A stretch of 31,144 bases of DNA from an uncultured Deinococcales bacterium. GTDB taxonomy: Bacteria > Deinococcota > Deinococci > Deinococcales > JAAFIG01. Position 1 is the first letter of the stretch. Each line of letters starts with the position of its first letter. The DNA lies in assembly GCA_964247135.1 (NCBI GenBank), contig CAXTTL010000030.1, positions 1 through 31,144 on the forward strand. Direction: 5' to 3'. The notes under the pieces were generated by a model. It worked only from the letters and a program-made list of their open reading frames with translations, made no database searches and was not told where the DNA came from. This document shows positions 8,464-17,187 of the stretch, one piece after another. A program made the position numbers and the translations under genes.

Positions 8464-9669
8464 ATGCAGGACAGTTACAATCTTAGGTTAAAACAACCCA
8501 TCCTCGAGCCGCTCGAGCGTTCCAACAAAGCGGCGGTGATTGCGGCGGGCATGGGCGTCTCGAGTGAAACCGTCGAAAAACTTTTGGGCGCAGGTGGTTT
8601 GTTGTTAAAACCGCAGTCGATTCAATCTGTCAACGACATTGCCACCAAGTTTAAAGCGGCAGGGGTCGATGTTGAGGTTGTACCGCACACAGAAAATGTT
8701 GTTCCAGGCAAAGCCAATGCAGGCTCGGGGGTTTCCCAGCAGTTAAATTCAGTTGCAACCATCAAAGCTCCAGATACAACGTTCGGAACTCGCCCAAAAG
8801 GTTGGTTGTCGTTGCAATACAAAATTCTGCCACTGGCAATTTTGCCGGTCTTGTTGCTGGGCGGCGCATGGCTCACCGATACGTTCACCAGCCGCGCCAA
8901 AACCTCCGAGGGTTTGTTGGTGCGCGGTGCGCTTCAGACAGCCGCCCTGTTCTCGAGACAAATTTTAAGTGGTGTGGACGATGCCAGCGGTGGTTTAAAC
9001 ACCCCAGTTAACTTGGCAATTGTTCAACAAAACGTGACCGATTTGTTCAAAGCTCAGGTTTTACCACTGACCCACGTGGCTCTCACCGACACGACAGGCA
9101 AATTGATTGCGGTTTACGATCAAGATTTTAGTCGCAACGATATTGGTTCAGAAAAATACAATGACCCAGTTGGAACCTACAAAAAACTGGCTCCAGAAGA
9201 TGTCACAACGCTTGAGCGAATCGGGGCACTGAACATCTCGCAAGACACCAAAAACGCTTTGCAATTCGCTGAAAATCCCAATCCCGAAAACCCGTTCGCC
9301 CAAATTTTTAAGGACGCCCAAGGCAAAACCGAATACTTTGTCGCCTACCCCATCGAAAATAAACTGGGTTCGGTGCATCTGGCACTCGACGCCAGCACCA
9401 TCGGCGAACCCGCCGCCCGATCAATCAACATCACACTGATTGTCCTGGCGATCACCCTGGCGTTGGTCAGCGCCATCGCCAGCTATTTTGCCAACGCCAT
9501 CTCGAGACGAATGCTGAACCTGGCAAGCCTCGCCGACCAGGTCAGCATGGGTGATCTCGAGCAAGCCATCACCGCCACCAGCAAAGACGAAATTGGCGAT
9601 CTGGCTCAAGCCCTGGAGCGAATGCGCATCAGTTTGCGAGCCGCCGTGACCCGAATCTCGAGGAGATAA
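8464..9669 (+). CDS. Membrane receptor-like protein: N-terminal cytoplasmic domain, two TM helices, extracytoplasmic domain and C-terminal HAMP, with no output domain
   Basis: AAGGAG RBS; two hydrophobic helices; HAMP motif ADQVSMGDLEQ..DEIGDLAQALERMR ends 13 aa before the stop. Confidence 0.85.
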   Translation: MQDSYNLRLKQPILEPLERSNKAAVIAAGMGVSSETVEKLLGAGGLLLKPQSIQSVNDIATKFKAAGVDVEVVPHTENVVPGKANAGSGVSQQLNSVATIKAPDTTFGTRPKGWLSLQYKILPLAILPVLLLGGAWLTDTFTSRAKTSEGLLVRGALQTAALFSRQILSGVDDASGGLNTPVNLAIVQQNVTDLFKAQVLPLTHVALTDTTGKLIAVYDQDFSRNDIGSEKYNDPVGTYKKLAPEDVTTLERIGALNISQDTKNALQFAENPNPENPFAQIFKDAQGKTEYFVAYPIENKLGSVHLALDASTIGEPAARSINITLIVLAITLALVSAIASYFANAISRRMLNLASLADQVSMGDLEQAITATSKDEIGDLAQALERMRISLRAAVTRISRR

Positions 9670-9670
9670 C

Positions 9671-10705
9671 ATGAAAAAATATTTTTGGATTCTCTCGAGC
9701 TTGACCATTGCCGCGATTGGACTCTCGAGCTTGGCGCAAACCCGAGAACTAAATCTGTTCACCTGGAACGATTATATCGACCCTGCGCTGGTGAAAAAAT
9801 TTGAACAACAGTACAGCGCCAAAGTGAAGATCGAGATTTTTGACACCAACCCAGATTTGATCCAGAAGCTCGAGAATAAGGGTTTGGGCAAATACGATGT
9901 GGTGATCCCAACCGATTACGTGATCGGGGAAATGTTGCGCCGTCATCTACTGCGCCCACTCGAGATGCGCAAGATCATCAATTTGCGCAATTTGGCAGAT
10001 CGTTTTCGCAGTCCCATTTATGACCTCGGCAACAAATTTAGCGCCGCCTACCAATGGGGAACGCTGGGGATTGCCTACCGCAAAGACAAGATCAAAAACC
10101 CCGAAAAAACCTGGGGTTTGCTGCTGGACCCCAAGCTTCAAAAAGGCAAATTTGCACTCTACGATGCGCCCAGAGAGATGATCGGCTCGGCGCTTTTATA
10201 CCTGGGCAAGGGCATGAGCAGCACCAACAAGAACGACATCGCTCGAGCCGAAAAAGTTGTTTTGGCAGCCAAAGCGCGTTCGCTGGGATTGCTGAACGGC
10301 GCAGACGTTCGCGCCAAGTTGCTGAAGGGCGAAATTGTTGCCGGAATTTTATTCAACACTGACGCGGGGCAACTGGCGGCGCAAAATCCGAACATCGGTT
10401 ACTTCATTCCCAAAGAGGGAGCGCAGATTTACGTGGACAACATGGCGATTCCGGTCGGCGCACCCAACGCGGATTTGGCACACCAATTTATCAATTTTAT
10501 TCTGGACGCCCAAAACGGCGCGACGCTGTCCGAATACACCAAATCGGGCACACCCAACGAAAAATCCAAAGCCTTGCTGCCGATAACCGACCTCAAAAAC
10601 GCCATCACCTACCCGGCAGCAGACACCAAACTCGAGTTTATTGCCGACCTGGGCGACCAAGAAAAACTGTACTTGGATGCCTGGAAAAAAATCAAAAACC
10701 CCTAA
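9671..10705 (+). CDS. PotD/PotF-family polyamine ABC substrate-binding protein (orphan)
   Basis: Signal peptide; LNLFTWNDYID, YDVVIPTDY, YQWGTLGIAY, IPKEGA..DNMAIP and AHQFINFILD. Confidence 0.88.
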   Translation: MKKYFWILSSLTIAAIGLSSLAQTRELNLFTWNDYIDPALVKKFEQQYSAKVKIEIFDTNPDLIQKLENKGLGKYDVVIPTDYVIGEMLRRHLLRPLEMRKIINLRNLADRFRSPIYDLGNKFSAAYQWGTLGIAYRKDKIKNPEKTWGLLLDPKLQKGKFALYDAPREMIGSALLYLGKGMSSTNKNDIARAEKVVLAAKARSLGLLNGADVRAKLLKGEIVAGILFNTDAGQLAAQNPNIGYFIPKEGAQIYVDNMAIPVGAPNADLAHQFINFILDAQNGATLSEYTKSGTPNEKSKALLPITDLKNAITYPAADTKLEFIADLGDQEKLYLDAWKKIKNP

Positions 10706-10738
10706 AACCCAAACCGACGTTGCTGGCTCGAGACGCGG

Positions 10739-10750
10739 TAAACTCGAGCC
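10739..10750 (+). promoter_or_regulatory. -10 box of a leaderless transcript
   Basis: TAAACT 6 nt before ATG 10751, with no SD. Confidence 0.6.
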
Positions 10751-12364
10751 ATGAAACCCATCACGATTTTGGACACCACCTTGCGCGACGGCGCACTGGC
10801 GGGCGATGTCACCTTAAGCACAGACGACAAACTCCGAATCGCGCCCCTGATTGACAGCCTTGGCGTCACCTACCTCGAGGGGGGCTGGCCTCAAGTGTTC
10901 CCGCGCGACCTCGAGTTTTTTGAACGGGTACCAGAACTCGAATTGAAGGCAAAACTGGTGGCGTTCGGTGCGACCCGCCGTCCAGAAACCCTGGTTTCGA
11001 GGGATGCGGGCTTGCAGCGCACCCTCGAGGCAAATACGCCCGTGGTGCAGTTGTACGGCAAGGTCTGGCCACTGCACGTCGAAAAAGTCTTGCGCACAAC
11101 CCTCGAGGAAAACCTCAAAATGCTCTCCGAGTCGCTCGAGTTTGTGAAAAACGCTGGACGCGAGGTGCTGGTGATTTGCGAGCACTTTTTTGACGCCCTG
11201 CCGAGCAGCCAAGATTACGCCATGCTGTTCGTCAAAACCGCGCTCGAGGCTGGCGCGGACACGGTGGTGCTCGCCGATTCCAACGGCTCGAGCCTGCCCA
11301 AATTTGTGGCTGATGGTGTGGCTCGGGTGCTCGAGATTGCGGGGGACCGCGCGGTTGGGGTTCATTTGCACAACGATTTTGGGCTGGCATTGGCGAACGC
11401 GCTGGCGGCGCTCGAGGCTGGCGCGAGTCATTTGCAGGGCAGCATCAATGGTTACGGCGCCCGAAATGGCATTACCGATTTGACGGCGCTGCTGCCAATT
11501 TTAAAACTGAAACTTGGGCTGGATGTGGTCACTGACGCGCAACTGGCGAAACTCACGCCCGTGGCGCTCGAGATTGCCGAACGGGTCGGCAAAGCCGGCG
11601 GCATGGAAGACGCTCCTTTTGTCGGAAGGCGCGTGTTCGAGCACAAAACCGATACCCACATTGCCGCCGTGCTCTCCAGCCCCGAAGCCTACGAACCGAT
11701 CCCGCCAGAAAAAGTCGGCAACCAGCGCCGCATGGTGATCCCTGGCATCTCGAGACCCAGTTATTTGGCGCGAATTGCCGAACAGTACGGCGTTGACTTG
11801 AGCGACGCCAGCGCCAGCTCTGGGCGGATTCTCGCCGAACTCAAGCACCTCGAGGATGAGGGTTACAGCTTTGAAGATGCGCCCGCCAGCCTCGAGTTGG
11901 CGTTGGGGCAACTGACTGGACGTTTTCCAAAAATACTTTCTGTCGAACGCGTGCGGATTTTTGACGCGATTCGTGGACGCGACCGCCCCGTGGTCGAAGC
12001 CAGCTTGAGTGTCCGCGTCGGGCTTGAAAATGAATATGTGGCAGCCGAAGCCGAAGGACCCGTCAAAGCGCTGCTCGAGGCGCTCAAACGCGCACTCGAG
12101 CTTTCCAAGGACGGCAGTCTGCAAGAATACGCCAAGACCCTCGAGGCGAGCGGTTTTCGCGGACGCAATGTGCAATCTCGAGGTGAACCCTTGAAGGTTC
12201 GGGTGGCGATTACGGTCACCGATGGCACTCGAGAATGGACTTGCGTTGGAATAAGTTTGGATTTGATCGGCGCGGTCTGGAAGGCGCTGGTGGACGCGGT
12301 GGAATACGGTTTGGCGACTCGAGCGAAAGCTGTTGAAAACGAAACGGTCAATCTTGAAGCCTAA
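10751..12364 (+). CDS. cimA: Divergent citramalate synthase / alpha-IPMS family (DRE-TIM) protein with a LeuA-type regulatory domain
   Basis: DTTLRDG, YLEGGWP, EHFFD, HLHND, EGYSFEDAPASLEL and the GPV motif match the CimA type; several active-site motifs are altered. Confidence 0.75.
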   Translation: MKPITILDTTLRDGALAGDVTLSTDDKLRIAPLIDSLGVTYLEGGWPQVFPRDLEFFERVPELELKAKLVAFGATRRPETLVSRDAGLQRTLEANTPVVQLYGKVWPLHVEKVLRTTLEENLKMLSESLEFVKNAGREVLVICEHFFDALPSSQDYAMLFVKTALEAGADTVVLADSNGSSLPKFVADGVARVLEIAGDRAVGVHLHNDFGLALANALAALEAGASHLQGSINGYGARNGITDLTALLPILKLKLGLDVVTDAQLAKLTPVALEIAERVGKAGGMEDAPFVGRRVFEHKTDTHIAAVLSSPEAYEPIPPEKVGNQRRMVIPGISRPSYLARIAEQYGVDLSDASASSGRILAELKHLEDEGYSFEDAPASLELALGQLTGRFPKILSVERVRIFDAIRGRDRPVVEASLSVRVGLENEYVAAEAEGPVKALLEALKRALELSKDGSLQEYAKTLEASGFRGRNVQSRGEPLKVRVAITVTDGTREWTCVGISLDLIGAVWKALVDAVEYGLATRAKAVENETVNLEA

Positions 12365-12390
12365 TCTTATTTTGGTGCTAAACTACAACC

Positions 12391-12597
12391 ATGCCAACCC
12401 TGTTGGAAACCCTTAAAAACCTATCGATCTCAGACCGCGCCGATCTTGCACAGGCGCTCTGGGATAGCGTTCTTGAGGAATCAGAAAATTTAGAATTGAT
12501 TGAATCGCACCGCGCCGAACTTGAAAAACGCTTAAATAATCCTGATCCAAAATTGATTCCTTGGGAAGAAGTCAAATCTCGCTTGCAAATCTCATGA
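12391..12597 (+). CDS. Addiction-module antitoxin (TIGR02574-like), leaderless
   Basis: LSISDRADLAQALWDSV..ELEKR..IPWEEVK pattern; TGcTAAACT 6 nt before the ATG. Confidence 0.85.
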   Translation: MPTLLETLKNLSISDRADLAQALWDSVLEESENLELIESHRAELEKRLNNPDPKLIPWEEVKSRLQIS

Positions 12598-12893
12598 GAT
12601 TTTGGATCACTTTCCGCCAAGAAGCGCTTGACGATCTTGAATCTGCCATCACATATTTCTCGAAATATCCTGGATTCTTTGAACGTTTCAGACTTGAATT
12701 GGATTCTCGAGTTGAACATTTGCGTGAATTCCCTGAGATGCACCAGAAAGTATATTTGACTGTTCGCAGAATGCTTTTAACTCAATTTTCTATTGCGGTG
12801 TACTACATTGTGCATCTCGAAACTGAAATGATTGAAGTGATTGCGGTGATGGATGTTCGCCGCGATCCCAGACTCTGGCAAACGCGCCTTTGA
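12594..12893 (+). CDS. Type II toxin, RelE/ParE family
   Basis: ATGA overlap with the antitoxin; EALDDLESAITYF..FPEM..VRRMLL.QF..AVYY..IEVIAVMD.RRDP. Confidence 0.85.
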   Translation: MRFWITFRQEALDDLESAITYFSKYPGFFERFRLELDSRVEHLREFPEMHQKVYLTVRRMLLTQFSIAVYYIVHLETEMIEVIAVMDVRRDPRLWQTRL

Positions 12894-12895
12894 CT

Positions 12896-14212
12896 TCAGA
12901 CCACAGGCAAAGCACAAACGAACTCTGCGCCGCCCTCGAGACGGTTTTTGACGCTGATCTTGCCGCCGTGAAGCTCGAGAATCGTTCTGGCAATCGCCAA
13001 CCCAAGTCCACTGCCGCCACTCGAGCGGTTGCGGCTTTCATCGACGCGGTAGAAGCGATCAAAGACGTGTTCCAGACTTTCACTTGGCAAGCCTTGACCG
13101 GAATCGCTGACGATCACCCGAGCGGTGTTCTGGGTGCTCTCGAGGGCAATACAGACCGTGCCGTGTTCGGGCGTGTAACGCAGGGCATTGTCCAGCAGAT
13201 TTGAGAGCACTTGCGCAATCCGGTCAGGGTCGCCGTGAAGCTCGAGCCTTTCGGGCGCCCTGACCTCGAGTTTGACGCGCTTTTGCTGGGCGCTGGGTTC
13301 AAAACCAGAGGTGATTTCACGAATTTTAGCCGCCAAATTAAAAGAACGCGTCTCGAGTTGCAACTGTCCCGCGTCGGCGAGTGACAGGGTACGTAAATCT
13401 TGAACGAGCCGCGCCAAGAGCTGCGTTTGTTTGGAAAGTTTTTTGATTTCTTCTATCGACAGCGGAAAAACACCATCTTCGATTGCCTCGAGTTTGGCTT
13501 GCATCACCCCAATCGGCGTGCGCAGCTCGTGGGCGATGTCGGCAACCATGTTTTTGCGTTCGCGCTCTTGACGCTCTAAACTTTCAGCCATCGCGTTGAA
13601 ATTGGTTGCCAGGTCTTCTGGCTCGCCCGTGATGCTTGAAGGTGGCATCGGTGCTCGAGCGCTTAAATCACCGCCGCGCATTTTTTTGGCGGCTTTGGAC
13701 ACAGCCTCGAGCGGTTGCGCCAAACGACGCGCAAAAATCGTAGACACCACGATCCCAAGCAATGCCGAAATGGCAATGCTAATCAGTTGCGAACTGCCGA
13801 GCGCCCGAAAGAAAAAATCTGAATTGCGGTGGGGCGGTTTGATGTTGGGCAACTGGGCAATCAAATCGGTACTCAAAGAATTGACCATCAAAGGCGCACC
13901 TTTGGAAAACGGCGCTGAGTTGCTCGAGTTTGACGCCCCTTGATCCCCACCTGAAGGATCGCCAGGACGCGCAAAAATCACCAAACGATCAAAAGAATCG
14001 GGGGTGATGTTGATCCCGTTCTCTTGAAGTTGCCGAATTCGGTCTTGTTGATCTTTGGGCATGGTGAAATACCGAATTGAGGTAATGGCACCAAACGAAA
14101 CCGTAAAGGTAAACATGGCAAACAAAACCACCATCATCATCATGCCTGCCAGTCGCACCGACAAGGGAACACGCCAAACTTTGGCTCGAAAAAACTTGAC
14201 AAACTTGGTCAT
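12896..14212 (-). CDS. BaeS-like sensor histidine kinase
   Basis: Two TM helices, HAMP, H-box DIAHELRTP, N-box NLLDNALRY, DSGQG, FDRFYR and GSGLGL; ATGA overlap with the response regulator. Confidence 0.93.
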   Translation of the reverse strand: MTKFVKFFRAKVWRVPLSVRLAGMMMMVVLFAMFTFTVSFGAITSIRYFTMPKDQQDRIRQLQENGINITPDSFDRLVIFARPGDPSGGDQGASNSSNSAPFSKGAPLMVNSLSTDLIAQLPNIKPPHRNSDFFFRALGSSQLISIAISALLGIVVSTIFARRLAQPLEAVSKAAKKMRGGDLSARAPMPPSSITGEPEDLATNFNAMAESLERQERERKNMVADIAHELRTPIGVMQAKLEAIEDGVFPLSIEEIKKLSKQTQLLARLVQDLRTLSLADAGQLQLETRSFNLAAKIREITSGFEPSAQQKRVKLEVRAPERLELHGDPDRIAQVLSNLLDNALRYTPEHGTVCIALESTQNTARVIVSDSGQGLPSESLEHVFDRFYRVDESRNRSSGGSGLGLAIARTILELHGGKISVKNRLEGGAEFVCALPVV

Positions 14213-14892
14213 ACGCCGCCCCACAATCGGTAGCCAATACCGCGCACCGTCTCGAGCAAATCCCTTGCGCCCGCATCGTCAAGTTTACGCCTTAGATTTT
14301 TCAGGTGTGCATCGACCACGCGCTCCAAAGCGTCCGATTCGGGCAATGCCGCCTCGAGCAGTTCGGTGCGAGAAAATGCCCGCGCCGGCGAACGGGCGAG
14401 CGTCTCGAGCAGACGGTATTCGGTGGGGGTGATCTCGAGTCGGGTGCCATGAATTTTGACGATCACCGATTGTGTGTCCAACTCGAGCGAACCGACCCGC
14501 AAGACGTTGCTGGTTTGCGGATTGACGCGCCGTAAGACCGCTTTGACCCTCGCCACGACCTCGCGGGGACTGAAGGGTTTGACCACATAATCATCAGCGC
14601 CAAGTTCCAAACCGATCAGTTTGTCAATGTCTTCGGCTCGAGCCGTCAGCATGATGACAGGCGTTGTGCCGTCGCCGCGCACACGCCTTAAAACCTCGAG
14701 ACCGTCAAGGATCGGCATTTGAATGTCGAGCAGAATTAAATCGGGTTTGGTGGCGCGGTACAAATCGAGCGCCCGCTGTCCATCGAGCGCCCGCTCGGTG
14801 CGCCAACCCTCGCGGCGCAAGTAGGCTTCGAGCACTTCGGCAATCTCGAGTTCGTCTTCGACGATCAATATCAGGTTGCTGCTGGGGGTCAT
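14209..14892 (-). CDS. OmpR-family (BaeR-like) response regulator, leaderless
   Basis: IVEDE, LLDIQMP, GADDYVVKPF and wHTH ETVRGIGY; CATAAT 8 nt upstream of the ATG. Confidence 0.95.
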   Translation of the reverse strand: MTPSSNLILIVEDELEIAEVLEAYLRREGWRTERALDGQRALDLYRATKPDLILLDIQMPILDGLEVLRRVRGDGTTPVIMLTARAEDIDKLIGLELGADDYVVKPFSPREVVARVKAVLRRVNPQTSNVLRVGSLELDTQSVIVKIHGTRLEITPTEYRLLETLARSPARAFSRTELLEAALPESDALERVVDAHLKNLRRKLDDAGARDLLETVRGIGYRLWGGV

Positions 14893-14900
14893 GGTTCAAC

Positions 14901-14972
14901 ATTATGCGCGGGTTGTGAACGAAACCGCGAAAAGCTGTGAAGGTTTGGTGAAGCTGTGAAGACAGTGTGAAT
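14901..14972 (-). promoter_or_regulatory. Response-regulator promoter with six TTCAC-type direct repeats
   Basis: Plus-strand GTGAA/GCGAA at 14915, 14927, 14937, 14948, 14956 and 14967, upstream of the -10 CATAAT. Confidence 0.65.
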
Positions 14973-15164
14973 TTGGGACCAATTCAATTCTAAAAATAAC
15001 GCGTCTGTCAGGATTCAAACCTCAAAAACCCGATTGCGGTGTTTTCTCAATCAATTCTTCTTCTTGCCTGCCCCAAGGCTTCACCACCCAAAAGCAAACT
15101 GTGTTCATCGAAGCGAGCAAGCAGTTCGCAGGGTGCGAACCTCGAAGAGATAAGGAGAAATACC

Positions 15165-15626
15165 ATGAATCATATCCGTAAACTAACCGTTGCCGCCATC
15201 ATCGCCCTTGCCGCTTCAGGTGCATCTTTTGCCCAGTCCATTGACCGTGGTGAAATGGTCGTTGCAAGCCAAACCACACCAATCGTTCGGGTTCAGACCT
15301 TTGGTTCGGACAGTGTGACCGTTTCCGCAGGCAGCTCCGACATCGGCGACCTGTCCACAAGCGACCTGTTTATGAATCCAGCCATCGATGTCAGCAACCA
15401 ATTCAAGATCGTTTCGGTCAAAAACGCGGACTGCTTTGACATCACCCTCAGCAATGCAACTTTACAGGGTGATTCCGTCAACGGCAGTGCTTCACGCGCC
15501 AGCTTTGAATTCAATGTTCAGTATGCTCGAGGCACAGATTCAGGAGTTCAACTGGTCACGGTCACCTTGGAGAACCTGCAAACCCACACGCAATTTGATG
15601 TCACATTTCAAGCCGTTTTAATCTGA
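15165..15626 (+). CDS. Secreted beta-rich hypothetical protein (153 aa)
   Basis: TAAGGAG RBS; Sec signal ending ASFA-Q; own terminator. Confidence 0.8.
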   Translation: MNHIRKLTVAAIIALAASGASFAQSIDRGEMVVASQTTPIVRVQTFGSDSVTVSAGSSDIGDLSTSDLFMNPAIDVSNQFKIVSVKNADCFDITLSNATLQGDSVNGSASRASFEFNVQYARGTDSGVQLVTVTLENLQTHTQFDVTFQAVLI

Positions 15627-15644
15627 GCAACCTTCAAACAACCC

Positions 15645-15681
15645 AAATGAAGAGGTAACCAAAAGGTGATCTCTTCATTTT
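15645..15681 (+). terminator. Rho-independent terminator
   Basis: AAATGAAGAG..ACC-AAAA-GGT..CTCTTCATTT stem-loop. Confidence 0.75.
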
Positions 15682-15728
15682 CAATTTCACATGTCTTTGA
15701 CCAAAAGAAAACACGATGATTTTCAAAA

Positions 15729-15762
15729 TTCACACAACCTGCACAATTCCTCCGCATACCAT
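15729..15762 (+). promoter_or_regulatory. Export operon promoter with three 11-bp-spaced boxes
   Basis: TTCACA (15729), TGCACA (15740) and TCCGCA (15751), then -10-like TACCAT. Confidence 0.5.
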
Positions 15763-15801
15763 TCAGACGTACACTCGAGGATGGGTGAACAGGAGGAACG
15801 C

Positions 15802-17187
15802 ATGGTTTTTTGGAAACAAGTCTCGAAGCCCAACTGGATCACCGCAAGCGCCTTTGCCGTGATCGTCGGATTTTCGCCAGGCATTGCACAATCAAACCCC
15901 GAGTTGACGCTCGAGCAAGCCTTGAAAGCCTTACCGAACAGTTTGGAATGGCAGCAAGCCGATTTGACTTTTTTGAACGCTCAAAAAAGTTTGGACAGCG
16001 CCAGAGCGGCAGCAGGGTTAAGGGTGAACGCTGGGGCGGACACCAGTTTGGGGTTTCCAAGTTCGGGCAACAGCAGCCAAACCCTAACGGTTTCGGCAAC
16101 CGCGAGTTTAACGGTATTGCCGTGGTCGAGTACCTTTGACGCAGTGCGGAGTGCGGAACGCGCCTTGGCTCGAGCCGAATTGGATCGGGTTGACACCAGA
16201 AATACTTTGGCGCTCAATGTCTTCAATCAGTATTTTACTGCTCGACTCTCGAGCACCGATGTCGAACTGGGCAAAACAAACCTGAGTTTGAGCGAAGCCC
16301 AACTCAAAGTTGCCACGGCACAACAAAAAAATGGACAAATCAGCAAAGACAGCCTTTTGAACGCACAAAAAAGCCTCGAGACTGCGAATCTAAACGTCCT
16401 TCAAGCAACAAGTACGCTCGAGGTCAACCGCCTGACGCTTTGGAACAGCCTGAACCTCGAGATTTCGGACGCGGTGTTCTCGAGCATTCCAAGCGAACGG
16501 GCATTAAGCACCGCCAGTTTGGATGATTTGACCGCCAAAGCCTTGACCAAACGCAGCGATGTGCAAAAAGCGCTCTCGAGGATTAGCGACGCGCAAGATG
16601 CACTTTCTTCGGCGCAACGAGATCGTGTGGTGCCGAACGCCAGTGTGAATGTTGGTGTGACCAACTCGAGCGTCGGCGGCATCTCGAGCGGCTTGAACCT
16701 GCAAACAGGGAGCTTGAGCGTCACGGGAACAGTGCCAGTGGTTGCCAATACGACCACCACTGGCTCGAACACCACCGGATCAAACCTGACCATCAGTGCC
16801 AGCGTCAGCATTCCGATCATCGCGCCGAGCGGCGACACGAAAATCTCGAGTGCCGAGGTGAGTTTGCAAAGCGCCAAAAAGTCGCTCGAGCAGACCAAAT
16901 TAAGCGCCAAATTGGACGTGCGCCAAAAGTACAACAATGCCAAGCTTGCAGTGGCGAAACTGAACCTTGCCAAAACGACTTTGAGCACTTCACAAAAAAG
17001 TTTTGAAACCACCAAAGCCAGATTCGACGCGGGTTTGAGCACATCCAACGACCTCGAGCAAAGCCGCATCAATGTCTTGCAAGCAAACCGTGACCTCGAA
17101 CAAGCCACTCTCAATCAAGACCTCGCCGCGTACCAACTCGAGAATGCAGTTGGTGAAATCAACATTCTTCCTGGGGGAAATCTATGA
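15802..17187 (+). CDS. TolC-family outer membrane efflux protein 1
   Basis: AGGAGG RBS; signal peptide; LTLEQAL; two OEP helical repeats; RFDAGL..DL motif. Confidence 0.85.
   Translation: MVFWKQVSKPNWITASAFAVIVGFSPGIAQSNPELTLEQALKALPNSLEWQQADLTFLNAQKSLDSARAAAGLRVNAGADTSLGFPSSGNSSQTLTVSATASLTVLPWSSTFDAVRSAERALARAELDRVDTRNTLALNVFNQYFTARLSSTDVELGKTNLSLSEAQLKVATAQQKNGQISKDSLLNAQKSLETANLNVLQATSTLEVNRLTLWNSLNLEISDAVFSSIPSERALSTASLDDLTAKALTKRSDVQKALSRISDAQDALSSAQRDRVVPNASVNVGVTNSSVGGISSGLNLQTGSLSVTGTVPVVANTTTTGSNTTGSNLTISASVSIPIIAPSGDTKISSAEVSLQSAKKSLEQTKLSAKLDVRQKYNNAKLAVAKLNLAKTTLSTSQKSFETTKARFDAGLSTSNDLEQSRINVLQANRDLEQATLNQDLAAYQLENAVGEINILPGGNL

Noticed and set aside
14913-14972. Short repeat array considered as a CRISPR or tandem repeat
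   Set aside because: Units are 5-8 bp at about 11-bp spacing, with no spacers or cas genes; better explained as operator boxes
15039-15801. Extended N-termini given by the ORF track (15039 and 15691; likewise 2338, 19482, 23518, 24725 and 28275)
   Set aside because: Downstream starts have better RBS or coupling and begin at signal peptides or conserved motifs; several extensions cover promoter DNA
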